Positions 20,501-30,781 of a stretch of 64,000 nucleotides of DNA are shown here, in pieces. The DNA comes from Gemmatimonadota bacterium. Its GTDB lineage: Bacteria > Gemmatimonadota > Gemmatimonadetes > Palauibacterales > KS3-K002. How positions within the stretch are numbered: the first letter of the stretch is position 1; each line of letters opens with the position of its first letter. Under the pieces are notes generated by a model, which saw only the letters and a list, made by a program, of their open reading frames with translations, was not told the DNA's origin and searched no databases. A program made the translations under genes and the position numbers. Location: positions 64,001 to 128,000 of the forward strand of contig JBDHJS010000004.1 in assembly GCA_039586795.1 (NCBI GenBank), in the 5' to 3' direction.

Positions 20501-21963
20501 AACGCGAAATCCGTTTGACTGCTGAGGGCGATAGCATTCCCCTCAATCTGGCGACGCTCTTCTTCGGCAATCAGATCGCCGAGCCGCACGGCCATGCTTA
20601 CGGAACGGTCTCCATTGGAGGCACTCCCGGCAGTCTGAGCTTGGAAGGACCGGTAGCATTTGTAGATGGAGGCTTCCGTGTCATCTACAGTGGGATCACC
20701 TACCTATCGTTCACAGGTGATGCCTTCTTCGAAGGACAGGATCTGCACCTGATTAATGTCGGCTTCGAGGGGGTTCCACTTAGGGCCAACGATTCGGGCG
20801 GCCGTGGTGTGTTGGGCGGGAGACTCAACCTCAGCGATCTGAGAGACCCCGGTTTCGATCTAACGATCGTCGGAGATGCGCTTCCGCTCTACGATCAACT
20901 CGACGCCCGATTCATCGTGTCCGGCTCGGTTTGGCTGCGTGGTCGGTATCGAGAGCCGATCGTCGGCGGAGATATATCCGTTGTAAGCGGCGTGCTCTTC
21001 ATGGACGAGATCGGCCGTCAGGCCGAGATAGCAGATCCTTACCTCGAAGACAGTTCGTTCCTGCTGCTCGACTTGTCCGCCTTCGAAACGGCCAGGCGGC
21101 CAGCCAACCCGTTCCTGGACAACCTGACGCTCGACATGGGCGTCGACGTCGCACAGGACACCTGGCTGCGTTCAGCGGAGGCCAACGTCGCCATCTCGGG
21201 TAATCTCTTGATAAGCAGGCGACCGGGTCAGGATGTGTGGCGGATGGACGGTACGCTGTTGGCGGAGCGCGGTGACTATCGATTGTTCAACCGGCGATTC
21301 GAGGTGTCGGAGGGAACGATCGAGTTCGTGGGATCGCAGGAGATGAATCCTAACCTGCGGATCGTCGCACTGTACAATCTCCGCACGCAGAAGCGGCCTA
21401 TCGAAATTCGTCTGATTATCGGTGGTACGCTGGAGGACATGACGCTGTCGCTCGAGAGCGATGCACAACCGCCTATCCCCGAGTCCGACCTCTTGTCTTA
21501 CTTGATACTCGGGCGGCCGTCGTACGAGATCACGCGCCCAAGTGAAGAACGCAGTCTGCTATCGGATGTGGCGGCCGACGTACCTAGCGCCTTCCTCGGG
21601 TATGCGCTCGGATCGTTGCTCGTCGGTGAGACCGGCGTGGCGTATATCGATGTGAGCCGGGTGAACTACTGGGGAGGCACCGAGGGCGGTGAATTCCAGG
21701 AAGGCGTTGGCCCATCGTTCAGCGCGACGCAGGTAGAAGTTGGCTGGTACCTGGCGCCCACAGTGTTTGTGAGCGTGGCGCAGCACCTGGCGGGTGCCGT
21801 GCGTCCGACGGTTCGACTGGAATGGAAACTCGACGACAACCTGACGCTTAGGGGGATAACTCAGCCTCGCTGGGGCCAGGCTAACCCGCTCGTGCTGGAG
21901 GTCCCCGGAGCCAATATTCAGCAGTCGATCGGCTTGTACCTGTTCTACGGGTGGAGCTACTAG
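17518..21963 (+). CDS. tamB: TamB / DUF490 translocation and assembly module protein
   Basis: 1481 aa, N-terminal TM, long beta-rich body, DUF490-like C-terminus (NPNL, ESDLLSYLILGR); 1-bp overlap with tamA. Confidence 0.85.
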   Translation: MNWKERIIGLPLALVGAVLLLATVAGMLLTRTDWGREKVRVYAVEKLNGAIRGSVEIDEVLAGDLLRMVTMAGVRIYEEDGREFASIDTLTVQYRWSDFLFGNLKFARATIVNPIVKLRTEPEIGWNFEEAFRGPRRAGPVTEESDEGGLRLELEDVAIRSGEVTMLIPWDPERGTDPDSVRWHLIEAYGEWWRELRFQRLNSQLSKAQIVVPRDESRQFQIVQFTSQVTIVDDPFEVQQLRGYIEVVGNRLSFDVSEGALPGSNLFGEGWVTLVSNPQYDFRMRGSPMSTEDIQWLLPWMPSGTADLDYHMRTLPDGIALEAQDARWESRDAVATGRFALSLRDRPDGLSFNALDVNVERLNSSLIEELTGWDSPVAAELNGEVALDGPLSQLAVEADLNILPEAEDLTTHIAARGTVHARHLWRGELGAQDLQLEFDTVRLNLVRAFAPEMALRGDITGSAHLDGRLADGASLSFSLEQRDGNLTPTTVEGAGIVSADTSGLLLDFELHSESFSFNTLSRYYPWIFFRGDFAGDFSARGPLTALAVEASLGGAGDSIRFDGEVRLTEDEVGYLGEMEGRRIRVVPFRQGLPESDIDFRAELAGSGTVLEDLEARGHLEIFSSFVGGVRLDTAYSDLRLTGGRLVVDSGAAIVEFGEIGLSGALGLIPDSTGRLAFDIAADSLGGLTPWVFPGYRGGPGLTAGGPAGQVDDSEAARVDGSARIRGELEGVIGDVAVRAEMAGSDLRYGIWAADSLVIEDFEVYGSADSLNLAGAALVVGGSAGDVRLQRLGVQGGIVGDTSTLNFDLAVDSAADAAGRMQVVLGGESTTLAFEQLSIRLAGTDWSMSQPTEVRVARSGGIAASDIRVASEAGYLTAGGVIPDSGRAAFSAEVEGIDLGAIARLFPDSLDLGGFLTASAELSGTTARPEIRGSFEVSDGRLVGVPFTSLRGELEFQDDDASLDVSMWDDDLRLLRIHGTYPVDLALPSFALSIPEREIRLTAEGDSIPLNLATLFFGNQIAEPHGHAYGTVSIGGTPGSLSLEGPVAFVDGGFRVIYSGITYLSFTGDAFFEGQDLHLINVGFEGVPLRANDSGGRGVLGGRLNLSDLRDPGFDLTIVGDALPLYDQLDARFIVSGSVWLRGRYREPIVGGDISVVSGVLFMDEIGRQAEIADPYLEDSSFLLLDLSAFETARRPANPFLDNLTLDMGVDVAQDTWLRSAEANVAISGNLLISRRPGQDVWRMDGTLLAERGDYRLFNRRFEVSEGTIEFVGSQEMNPNLRIVALYNLRTQKRPIEIRLIIGGTLEDMTLSLESDAQPPIPESDLLSYLILGRPSYEITRPSEERSLLSDVAADVPSAFLGYALGSLLVGETGVAYIDVSRVNYWGGTEGGEFQEGVGPSFSATQVEVGWYLAPTVFVSVAQHLAGAVRPTVRLEWKLDDNLTLRGITQPRWGQANPLVLEVPGANIQQSIGLYLFYGWSY

Positions 21964-22125
21964 CAGGGTCCTGCAAATCCTGTCTTCTCCTACCTTCATC
22001 GCCCCCAAATCCTCGAGCGACCCTATGGCGCTCAATGTCGCCCTGATCGCGGCGGCAGGTCAGGGGTGGATCGGAACGCCATTCTGTGTTTAGGTTCATA
22101 GGTCAAATGGGACAGCGAGGTAACA

Positions 22126-22995
22126 ATGGCGCGGCTGAAGCCGGGAGCGCGGCTGCGCGTGGAGCACAAGATGGGTAACTACGCGAAAATCTTTGGTCTC
22201 ATGGCGGGGCTCACGGCGCTGGTCGTCAGCATCGCCTACGTGGCTGGCGGCCCGAACGCCATGCTTCCAGCCTTCATTATCGTCGGTCTATTCAACTTCG
22301 GCATGTACTGGTTCAGTGATCGTGCGGTGCTGCGCATGTACAAAGCCCAGATCATCAAGCCGGAGGACAATCCACATCTTTACGAGATGGTAGACCGCCT
22401 GCGCCAGCGCGCCGCGCTACCGATGCCGACTGTGGCTGTCGCGCCCAGCCAGCAACCCAATGCGTTTGCCACCGGTCGGAGCCCGGAACGGGCCGTCGTT
22501 TGTTTTACGCAGGGAATCCTGAGCGCGCTCAAAGAAGCCGAGCTGGAAGGTGTAACCGCGCACGAGCTAGCGCACATCAAGAACCGCGACATGTTGACGG
22601 GCACCATGGCGGCGACCATGGCTGGAGCGGTGACTTTGCTCGCTCGACTGGCGTTCTTCTTCGGTGACCGAGATCGAAACGTCTTCGCTTCTCTCGCCAT
22701 GCTAATACTGGCGCCGCTGGCGGCAGTACTGGTTCAGATGGCGGTCAGCCGGCAGATGGAATATCGAGCGGACCGGCTGGGAGCTGAAATCGCTGGCTCG
22801 CCACGTGGGCTTGCACGGGCGCTGGATCGTATGGAAGACCTGGCACGACGAATTCCGATGAATGTCAGCCCGTCGGCCGCGCATCTTGCCATCGTTAACC
22901 CCCTTCGCCGGGGCGGGTTCTCGGGACTGTTTCGAACTCACCCGCCGACGCAAGAACGAATCGCGCGTTTGATGGAGCTCGAGCGTGGTAGCTGA
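22126..22995 (+). CDS. htpX: Zinc metalloprotease HtpX (alternative start ATG 22171)
   Basis: PNAFATGR, HELAH, SRQMEYRAD, THPP. Confidence 0.94.
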   Translation: MARLKPGARLRVEHKMGNYAKIFGLMAGLTALVVSIAYVAGGPNAMLPAFIIVGLFNFGMYWFSDRAVLRMYKAQIIKPEDNPHLYEMVDRLRQRAALPMPTVAVAPSQQPNAFATGRSPERAVVCFTQGILSALKEAELEGVTAHELAHIKNRDMLTGTMAATMAGAVTLLARLAFFFGDRDRNVFASLAMLILAPLAAVLVQMAVSRQMEYRADRLGAEIAGSPRGLARALDRMEDLARRIPMNVSPSAAHLAIVNPLRRGGFSGLFRTHPPTQERIARLMELERGS

Positions 22996-23923
22996 TCGGA
23001 ACGGCGTGTTCGTCATTCATAACCCCACGGCGGGGGCGAGACATCCTGAACGGTTGCGTCGTCAGGTCGAAGCCAGACTGGACGCGATGAAGGTCCCGTA
23101 CGAATACGCGTTTACCGAGGACCGTGGCCACGGCGAGCAGCTCGCGAGGACCGCACGCGAGAGAGGCTTCGGGCGCGTTTTGGTTGCGGGAGGTGACGGA
23201 TCGGTGCTGGAAGCTGTGACTGCGCTGGCCGGCACAGAGACCAGCCTGGCGCTCCTACCCGTCGGCACCGGAAATCAGCTGGCCGCCAACCTCGGGTTGC
23301 CAAAGAGCGTGAAGAAGATGCTGGACGTTGCCGTGAACGGTGTGCCGCGGAGAATCGACGTTGGGATGTTGAACGGCTCCCCGTTCACGATCATAGCAGG
23401 GGCAGGCTTCGACGCAGAGGTCGTCAGGCCGCCGTCCGCAATCAAGCGCCGGATCGGCTATCTCGCTTATGTCCATGCGGCGACCGGCGCCGCCTTTTCC
23501 CCAAGGGTTTCTGATTTGAGGATACACGTCGACGGCGATGAACATGAGGCCAAGGGCATCGGAGTGGAGATCGCTAACATGCCCGGCCTTGCGGCCCCGC
23601 TATTCGCTCGGCCGGTCGACCTGGTTCCCGATGGCAAACCCGATGACGGCCTCCTGGATATCTGCGTTCTTGCGGTAGAGTCGATAATCGACTTCTTCTC
23701 CGCTCTATCAGCGATCATGGCTCGCCGACATCACCAGAGCTCGGGATTGCTGTACCTGCGCGGACGCGAGATCACTGTGGAAGCCGACCCGCCAATGCCA
23801 GTACAGATCGACGGGGAACGGCTCGAGATGACGACGCCAATCACGGCAACTGTCCGCCCCATGGCGCTGAGCGTAATCGTTCCCGGCAGCAACAACGTGA
23901 CGGCTAGTAAGAACGATGCGTGA
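22985..23923 (+). CDS. Diacylglycerol kinase family (YegS/BmrU-like) lipid kinase
   Basis: NPTAG, AGGDGS, LPVGTGN, GAGFDA, QIDGE. Confidence 0.9.
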   Translation: MVADRNGVFVIHNPTAGARHPERLRRQVEARLDAMKVPYEYAFTEDRGHGEQLARTARERGFGRVLVAGGDGSVLEAVTALAGTETSLALLPVGTGNQLAANLGLPKSVKKMLDVAVNGVPRRIDVGMLNGSPFTIIAGAGFDAEVVRPPSAIKRRIGYLAYVHAATGAAFSPRVSDLRIHVDGDEHEAKGIGVEIANMPGLAAPLFARPVDLVPDGKPDDGLLDICVLAVESIIDFFSALSAIMARRHHQSSGLLYLRGREITVEADPPMPVQIDGERLEMTTPITATVRPMALSVIVPGSNNVTASKNDA

Positions 23924-26753
23924 CGAGCACCTAGTCATCCACGGGGCCCGGGAGCACAATCTCAAGAACATAGACGTCAGGATTCCCCGTAACCGGCTGA
24001 CGGTGGTGACAGGGTTGTCAGGATCTGGCAAGTCGAGCCTGGCGTTCGATACGATTTACGCCGAAGGACAGCGGCGCTATGTAGAATCGCTCTCCGCGTA
24101 TGCCCGACAGTTTCTTGGGTTGATGGAGAAACCCGACGTCGACTCGATCGAAGGGTTGTCGCCGGCCATTTCCATCGAGCAGAAGACGGCCGGCCGCAAT
24201 CCGCGCTCGACGGTCGGGACGATCACCGAGATCTACGACTACCTTCGACTGTTGTTGGCACGCTGTGGAACGCCCCACTGCCCGTCGTGCTCCAAACCGG
24301 TCCAGAGACAAACACCCGATCAGGTCTCGGATATCGTTCTGGGGTGGCCCGAGAAGACTCGCATCGAAGTGTTAGCCCCGCTGGTCCGCGGACGAAAGGG
24401 CGAGTTCAAGGACACGTTCGAACGGGCGCGCAAGGACGGGTTCGTTCGGATACGCGTAGACGGTGAGACATACGACCTGAACGATCCGCCCAAGCTGAAC
24501 CGCAGGGTCAACCACGACATAGCGGTCGTTGTGGACCGTCTCGCGGTGAAGCCCGATGACAGACCGCGCCTTACCGATTCCATCGAGCTAGCTTTGCGCA
24601 CGGCGGACGGTGTTGTCCAGATTGCCCGCTACGAGAAGAGGGACGCGGACCCCGAATTCAGACTCTTCAGCGAGCGGTACGCATGCCCCGACTGCGGGAT
24701 CAACCTTCCCGAACTCGAGCCGCGACAGTTTTCGTTCAACTCACCGTACGGCGCTTGCACAGGTTGCGGTGGGTTGGGTACGAGGAAGGTTGCCAACCCG
24801 AGCCTGATGCTCGCCGATGGCCGGCTATCGCTGCTGGAAGGGGTAATCGTTCCCTGGGGCTCGCCAATCGGGTATCTACGCAAACGGGTCATCGATCCGC
24901 TATCGCGCAAGCACGGCGTGCACCCGAACACGCCATGGAACGATCTACCCAAATCGATGCAGGACGAGATACTCAACGGGTCGGACGAGATCGACTGGGA
25001 GGGCGCAAAGGCACGGTTGGAGCGACGCTACCACGAAACACCCAGCGATCGCCTGCGAGCGCGGCTTGGCGAGTTCATGTCGGTAGACATATGTGGCGAG
25101 TGCGAAGGAAACCGACTGCGGCCGGAAGCACTGGCCGTAACGTTCGAGGACAAATCGATAGGCGACATCTCCGGGATGACGGCCGATTCGGCGCGGGAGT
25201 TCTTCGAGACACTGGGCGGCCGAGACCGTAGCGGTTCTTACTTAGACAGCGTCATCGCGGGACCCATCTTGAAGCAGATCATCGAACGTCTCCGCTTTCT
25301 AGCTGATGTCGGCGTCGGCTACCTGACGCTGGGTCGTAGCGCCGAGAGCTTGTCTGGCGGCGAGGCGCAGCGTATCCGGCTGGCCACGCAGATCGGGTCC
25401 AAGCTGGTTGGAGTGTTGTACATACTGGACGAACCGTCGATAGGATTGCATCAGAGAGATAACGAGCGGCTGCTGCAAACGCTGGAGTCGCTTCGCGACC
25501 TGGGAAACACGCTCATCATCGTCGAGCACGACGAGGCGACGATCCGTCGGGCCGACCACATAGTCGACCTTGGCCCGGGCGCTGGCACGACGGGCGGTGA
25601 GGTCGTTGTCGATGGAGAACTGTCGGATGTTCTTGCGTCACGCGAGTCGCTGACCGGTGCCTACCTGCGCGGCGACCGGATGATCGATGTTCCGAAATCG
25701 AGACGATCGGGTAACGGAGAGCAGCTGCGCGTCACCGGAGCTCGGCAATTCAACCTGAAGGAAATCGATGTTGAGTTCCCGCTTGGCTGCTTCATCTGTG
25801 TCACCGGTGTGTCCGGTTCCGGAAAATCTACGCTGGTAGAGGAGATTCTCTATCGGGAGCTTGCACGAAGGTTGTATCGGTCGCGATTGATCCCGGGGGG
25901 CCATGGAGCCATTGAGGGTCTGGAACACATCGACAAGGTTATCGATGTCGATCAGTCACCGATCGGTCGGACTCCGCGCTCAAACCCCGCAACCTACGCA
26001 GGCGTGTTCACACCGATTCGTGAGCTGTTCGCACAGCTTCCCGAGTCCCGAATTCGCGGCTACTCGCCGGGTCGATTCAGCTTCAACGTGAAGGGCGGAA
26101 GATGCGAGGCCTGCAAAGGCGATGGCCTGGTCAAGATCGAAATGCACTTCTTGCCTGATGTGTATGTCGCCTGCGACGTGTGTCGAGGGAAACGATACAA
26201 TCGGGAGACGCTCGAGGTCTTCTTCAAAGGGAAGAACATTGCCGACGTGCTGGGGATGACCGTGGATGAGGCTCTCGAGTTCTTCGACGCGATTCCGACA
26301 GTCCGGCGCAAATTACAGACGCTTCAGGACGTCGGTCTGGGATACATCACTTTGGGGCAGAGTTCGACAACGCTGTCCGGTGGAGAGGCACAAAGGGTCA
26401 AGCTTGCCACCGAGCTTTCGAAGGTCCAGACTGGTAGGACGCTCTACATCTTGGATGAGCCGACAACCGGGCTCCATTTTGAGGACATACGATTGCTACT
26501 CGAAGTGCTGCACCGGCTGGTCGAACGTGGAAACACGGTAGTTGTGATCGAACATCAACTTGATGTGATCAAAACCGCCGACTGGGTCATCGACCTCGGA
26601 CCGGAGGGCGGTGACCGCGGAGGTGAGTTGGTGGCGGTAGGTACGCCGGAGGACGTAGTGAAAGTGAAGGGGAGCCTTACCGGGAGCTTCATGAAGCCGC
26701 TCCTCAACAAACGGAAGTCGCGGAAACGGGAGGGTCAGCATGTCAGAGGCTGA
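23916..26753 (+). CDS. uvrA: Excinuclease ABC subunit A
   Basis: Two Walker A motifs ([16 protein letters not shown]), two LSGGEAQR signatures, zinc fingers. Confidence 0.98.
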   Translation: MRDEHLVIHGAREHNLKNIDVRIPRNRLTVVTGLSGSGKSSLAFDTIYAEGQRRYVESLSAYARQFLGLMEKPDVDSIEGLSPAISIEQKTAGRNPRSTVGTITEIYDYLRLLLARCGTPHCPSCSKPVQRQTPDQVSDIVLGWPEKTRIEVLAPLVRGRKGEFKDTFERARKDGFVRIRVDGETYDLNDPPKLNRRVNHDIAVVVDRLAVKPDDRPRLTDSIELALRTADGVVQIARYEKRDADPEFRLFSERYACPDCGINLPELEPRQFSFNSPYGACTGCGGLGTRKVANPSLMLADGRLSLLEGVIVPWGSPIGYLRKRVIDPLSRKHGVHPNTPWNDLPKSMQDEILNGSDEIDWEGAKARLERRYHETPSDRLRARLGEFMSVDICGECEGNRLRPEALAVTFEDKSIGDISGMTADSAREFFETLGGRDRSGSYLDSVIAGPILKQIIERLRFLADVGVGYLTLGRSAESLSGGEAQRIRLATQIGSKLVGVLYILDEPSIGLHQRDNERLLQTLESLRDLGNTLIIVEHDEATIRRADHIVDLGPGAGTTGGEVVVDGELSDVLASRESLTGAYLRGDRMIDVPKSRRSGNGEQLRVTGARQFNLKEIDVEFPLGCFICVTGVSGSGKSTLVEEILYRELARRLYRSRLIPGGHGAIEGLEHIDKVIDVDQSPIGRTPRSNPATYAGVFTPIRELFAQLPESRIRGYSPGRFSFNVKGGRCEACKGDGLVKIEMHFLPDVYVACDVCRGKRYNRETLEVFFKGKNIADVLGMTVDEALEFFDAIPTVRRKLQTLQDVGLGYITLGQSSTTLSGGEAQRVKLATELSKVQTGRTLYILDEPTTGLHFEDIRLLLEVLHRLVERGNTVVVIEHQLDVIKTADWVIDLGPEGGDRGGELVAVGTPEDVVKVKGSLTGSFMKPLLNKRKSRKREGQHVRG

Positions 26754-27450
26754 ACATCGCCGTGAACCGAAATACCTGCTTCGAAGTTTCGAGCAATGGG
26801 CACTTCCTCGCATGGCTGCAGCTTTGCCAGGATGGGTGATGCCGGACCATATGACGGCGCTCGGGTTCCTGGCGGCTGCCGGCATAGGCGTTTGTTACGC
26901 GTCGTCTGGCTACAGCACGAACTACCTGTGGGCGGCGAACGTGCTCTGGGTGATCAACTGGATCGGTGATAGCCTTGACGGAACGTTGGCTCGCGTCCGA
27001 CGAACCGAACGTCCGCGATACGGTTATTACCTGGACCACATCATCGACATGTTCTCGGTCGCCTTCGTGTGCATCGGGCTCGGCTTCTCGCCGTATCTGT
27101 TGCTCTCGATGGGGCTAGCTGCGCTGATCATGTACTACTTGATGTCGATCAACGTGTATCTCGAGACGTTCGTGATGAAGTCCTTTCAGTTTGGATACGA
27201 GTACATTGGGCCCAGCGAGGTGCGGGTCATCCTGATACTCGGTGGCAGTGCGCTGGCCCTCGGTTTCGAACCGATACTCGAGCTGAAAGACGTTCCGCTC
27301 GGCGCGCTCGATCTCATCTTTCTTGCCGGGCTGGCCATAATGCTGATCATGCTGTTGCGTCGAATCCTCAGCAATCTGCGTGAGCTCGGCCATTTGGAGC
27401 CGCCCAACGTGGTTAGGGCGGCGGCGAATCAGGCCGGCGATCAGGGGTGA
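26740..27450 (+). CDS. CDP-alcohol phosphatidyltransferase family protein
   Basis: DSLDGTLAR...G...D...D signature; multiple TM helices. Confidence 0.9.
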   Translation: MSEAEHRREPKYLLRSFEQWALPRMAAALPGWVMPDHMTALGFLAAAGIGVCYASSGYSTNYLWAANVLWVINWIGDSLDGTLARVRRTERPRYGYYLDHIIDMFSVAFVCIGLGFSPYLLLSMGLAALIMYYLMSINVYLETFVMKSFQFGYEYIGPSEVRVILILGGSALALGFEPILELKDVPLGALDLIFLAGLAIMLIMLLRRILSNLRELGHLEPPNVVRAAANQAGDQG

Positions 27451-27453
27451 GCG

Positions 27454-28218
27454 GTGAAGAGTCGCTCTGAGCCCCTGGGGCCGGAGCGCGACCTAAACCT
27501 GCACGGTAAGGCGTGGCTGGCGCTGGGCATCGGACCCCAGCGAGCAGTGCCGGCGCTCGCTCCACTGAAGGTGCCGCTGTCGGAAGCGCGGCTGGCGCTC
27601 GTGACCACGGGTGGGTTCGTACCGCCCGGTGGAGAACCGTTCGAGACCGGCAAGTTAGGCGACGCGAGCTACCGGGAGATTCCATCCGACATCGATGTAG
27701 ATACGCTTCAGATTCACCACCCCCACTACGACATCGAAATCGCGAAAGCGGACGTCAACACGATTTTCCCACTTCCGCTTGCTAGGGAGCTCGTGAGAGA
27801 AGGTCATATTGGGGATCTGGCTTCGACGCACTTCTCGTTCATGGGCTACATTCCGCTGACCCGGAATCTTGAAAAGAACGCCGCTCCTCGTGTTGCCGGG
27901 CGGCTCAAACAAGAGGAAGTGGATGCGGTTCTCCTGACCCCGGCTTGACCGACATGCAACCGGACCGTTGGTCTGGTGGCCCGCGAAATAGAAAGACACG
28001 GTATTTCCACGATTTGCGTTCTAAACCTTCAGAAGGTCGCGGACCGAATCCTTCCGCCGCGTACGCTGCTGGTGAACCGCCCCATGGGGGCGTTGCTGGG
28101 CGATCCTAATGACAGCATCGGACAGCGGGCACTTGTACAGTCAGCACTATCTATGCTGGGCGACGCCACGGTGCTGCCCGGCGAGATCAGGATCTACCAA
28201 CCCTCGGGAAATCCCTGA
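27454..28218 (+). CDS. PrdB/GrdB-family (proline/glycine reductase selenoprotein B-like) protein, Sec at TGA 27946-27948, 254 aa
   Basis: ORFs 27454..27948 and 27976..28218 share one frame with only the TGA between them. Read-through gives VDAVLLTPA-U-PTCNRTVGLVAREIE (UxxC); N-terminal ALVTTGG motif. Confidence 0.88.
27956..27980 (+). promoter_or_regulatory. Candidate bacterial SECIS element
   Basis: Stem ACCGGACC/GGUCUGGU with a GUU loop; 18 nt between the UGA and the loop; G is the first loop base. Confidence 0.7.
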
Positions 28219-28266
28219 CCGCATAGTCGCTTGTTTTAGGGTCGGACTACCAGGAAGGAAGTGTCT

Positions 28267-28482
28267 ATGAGGGAACTGCGAACGATGCTTCCCGGCTTGT
28301 TCGATGGCGAGCATATCTTCACAATGGACCCGCTGGACGCGGGCAGGCGAACTCGATTGGTGCATCGTGAGGAGTTCAGAGGTGTTCTGGTGCCGCTCTT
28401 TTGGGGGAGCCTGGATACTGCCACGCGTCAGGGATTCGAGGAGATGAACTTGGCTTTGAAGAAACGGGTGGAAGAGGCGTGA
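28267..28482 (+). pseudogene. SRPBCC-family gene with a probable large internal in-frame deletion
   Basis: SD AGGAAGG then MRELRT joined directly to the family's C-terminal half (LPGLFDGEH...E.FRGVLVP...GFEEMNLALK); only 71 aa. Confidence 0.62.
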
Positions 28483-28520
28483 GCAGTACGTCTGTATCAC
28501 ATAGCTCAACGGAGGCGACG

Positions 28521-29036
28521 ATGGCCCGGTTCACATCGCTCTTAGAAGAGACTCTGGAGGCGTGGGCGGACGTCCGTGAGGGACTCATCGAGGAAGTGGA
28601 GAATATCCCGGGTGAGCATTTCGATTTCCGACCGACGGACGAGGTCAAGAACGTCGCAGAGCTAGTGCAACATATTCTCGAAGTCGCGCTCATGATGACC
28701 GGCGAGCTTACGCGGCCCGATACCGATTTCCTGCGTCTGCCTTGGCCAGAACTGCTCGATCACTACGCGGCGCACGTGAGCGAGGTGACTGCGAAAGCCG
28801 ACCTGCTTGATCTCCTGCGTTCCTCGTTCAGCGAAGCGGAGAGGGCATTCCTCGATGTTGGTGAACTGCATATGCTGCAATTCATCATCCGATTTGACGG
28901 TCAGGCCGGCACTCGACTCGCCTGGCTGCAGCACGGGATTGCTCACGAAATGTACCATCGCGGCCAACTCGGTCTTTACCAGCGACTGATGGGCTTTGAA
29001 CCTGCGCTCACGAAACGAATTCGCTCGCTAGGGTAG
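28521..29036 (+). CDS. DinB/DUF664-like family protein
   Basis: SD GGAGG; FRP..EV...AELVQHI and HEMYHRGQL metal-binding histidines. Confidence 0.88.
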   Translation: MARFTSLLEETLEAWADVREGLIEEVENIPGEHFDFRPTDEVKNVAELVQHILEVALMMTGELTRPDTDFLRLPWPELLDHYAAHVSEVTAKADLLDLLRSSFSEAERAFLDVGELHMLQFIIRFDGQAGTRLAWLQHGIAHEMYHRGQLGLYQRLMGFEPALTKRIRSLG

Positions 29037-29141
29037 GCTCGCGATTGCCTTGCACTGGGTCAAAGGGCATCTTGGTCCGCAGCCCTGACCCAATTCGGCT
29101 AGGGAGAAGCAGGCGCTGATGGTGGATCGGGACAGCGGAGA

Positions 29142-30704
29142 GTGGATGTGATACCCGAAAACCTGTCCTCCGCGGTCGCCGAGCACTACAGGCTCGAGCG
29201 CGTCTTGGGCCGCGGTGGTATGGCGACCGTATACGAGGCGTGGGACGAGCGTCACGGTCGCCGGGTCGCCGTCAAAGTCGTGAATCCGGAACTCGCCGTA
29301 TCGCTTGCCGGTGAACGATTCCTGCAGGAGATCCGGATCGTCGCTCGCCTCACACATCCCAACATCCTGACCCTACACGATTCCGGCGCGGCCGACGGCT
29401 TCCTGTACTATGTGATGCCGTATGTTGATGACACGTTGAGGGCGCGTCTCGGGCGCGAGTGTATTCTTCCGCCTGATGTCGCCCTGGAGATCGTGAGCGA
29501 AGTCGCGGAGGCGCTGGACTACGCGCACCGCAACGGCGTTGTCCACCGCGACATAAAACCAGAGAACATCCTCATATCCGCGGGCCACGCGGTCGTCGCT
29601 GATTTCGGTGTCGCGCGGGCGGTGAGCACGGCAGGCGGCGACCGGCTTACCCGCACCGGCCACCCGGTAGGAACGCTCGGCTACATGAGCCCGGAGCAGG
29701 CGGCCGGCCGTAGTGACCTTGACGAGCGGACCGACGTCTACAGCCTGGCCTGCGTTTTCTACGAGATGCTGGTTGGCGAGCCGCCAGGTGCTTGGATAAG
29801 GGATGAGGCCGGTGAGCTGGGGCGGTTCATCGACGCGCCACCCGATCACCGTGACAGACTCGACAATCTGCCGGGCTTTGTGGAGGCGAATCTGGTGAAG
29901 GCGATGCGGCTTCTTCCGCAGGACCGATACCGAAGTGCCGGCGAGTTGAGCGCAGCGCTGACGAGCGCGTTCGCTGGCGGCCCAAGGTACAGCGAGGAAG
30001 AGGCGCATCAGATAGTCCGGCGAGCAGCTGAGCTTGACGCCCGGCCGACCCGTGACAGTGCCCTGTCGCTGGGGGGTATCCAACAAATCGCCGCTGAGGC
30101 CGGCATACCTTCCCAGCACGTGCGAGAAGCTGCTTCGGAACTGGCACGGTCTGAGCCGAAGATCAGTACGGGCGGATATCTCGGCCGCACAGGCAAGATC
30201 GAGCTCGAAGGGCTGGTCGAGGGCGAGGTATCAGAAAGCCAGTACGGCGCCGTCCTGGAGGAGATACGGAGGTCCATCGGTCAGGCAGGTCACGTCCACG
30301 AGACTTTCGATGACTCGTTCTCATGGGAGTTCAAGCCCGGCTTTGGCGAGTGGACTCGGCGGGTACAGGTCACTCTGCGGCCGCGAGACGGCCAAACCAG
30401 AATATGGATCGTCGAGCACCCCGGCGCTGAGGATGAGCTGAAGATCGCCTCGGTAGCAGGTGGCGCCGTGCTCGCCGGGGCTGCGTTTGCCGCTGTCTTC
30501 AACATAGGAGGCGACCTCGCCATCGGTGCGGGAGTTCTTCTGGGCGGCGCCGCGTTTACTGCACAGTACACCGCTTTCCGCCTCTGGTACCGCAGGTTTC
30601 TCGGGAAGCGTTCGCGTGTGCTCAGCGAGCTTGGCGAACGCATCGCAAACCTGGTCACCGGTTCCGGGAAGGCAGTCCTGCCGGCGCCGAAAGACGAACG
30701 GTAG
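29142..30704 (+). CDS. Hanks-type Ser/Thr protein kinase with C-terminal helical domain and two TM segments (copy 1)
   Basis: GRGGMATVY, VAVK, HRDIKPEN, DFG, GTLGYMSPEQ. Confidence 0.93.
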   Translation: MDVIPENLSSAVAEHYRLERVLGRGGMATVYEAWDERHGRRVAVKVVNPELAVSLAGERFLQEIRIVARLTHPNILTLHDSGAADGFLYYVMPYVDDTLRARLGRECILPPDVALEIVSEVAEALDYAHRNGVVHRDIKPENILISAGHAVVADFGVARAVSTAGGDRLTRTGHPVGTLGYMSPEQAAGRSDLDERTDVYSLACVFYEMLVGEPPGAWIRDEAGELGRFIDAPPDHRDRLDNLPGFVEANLVKAMRLLPQDRYRSAGELSAALTSAFAGGPRYSEEEAHQIVRRAAELDARPTRDSALSLGGIQQIAAEAGIPSQHVREAASELARSEPKISTGGYLGRTGKIELEGLVEGEVSESQYGAVLEEIRRSIGQAGHVHETFDDSFSWEFKPGFGEWTRRVQVTLRPRDGQTRIWIVEHPGAEDELKIASVAGGAVLAGAAFAAVFNIGGDLAIGAGVLLGGAAFTAQYTAFRLWYRRFLGKRSRVLSELGERIANLVTGSGKAVLPAPKDER

Positions 30705-30781
30705 TCCGAACGCGGGCCGCCGCCATTCAAGACTATACTTTACGGCTTGTTAGGGGTACTTTGGCTGCTTGATAATTGCCT

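Noticed and set aside
27454..28218. Two separate genes or a nonsense pseudogene
   Set aside because: The TGA falls exactly at the family's Sec position (UxxC) and is followed by a SECIS-like hairpin.
29056..29092. Hairpin TGGGTCA..GGGC/GCCC..TGACCCA between the DinB gene and kinase 1 as a riboswitch or terminator
   Set aside because: No U-tract and no match to a motif I recognise; insufficient support.
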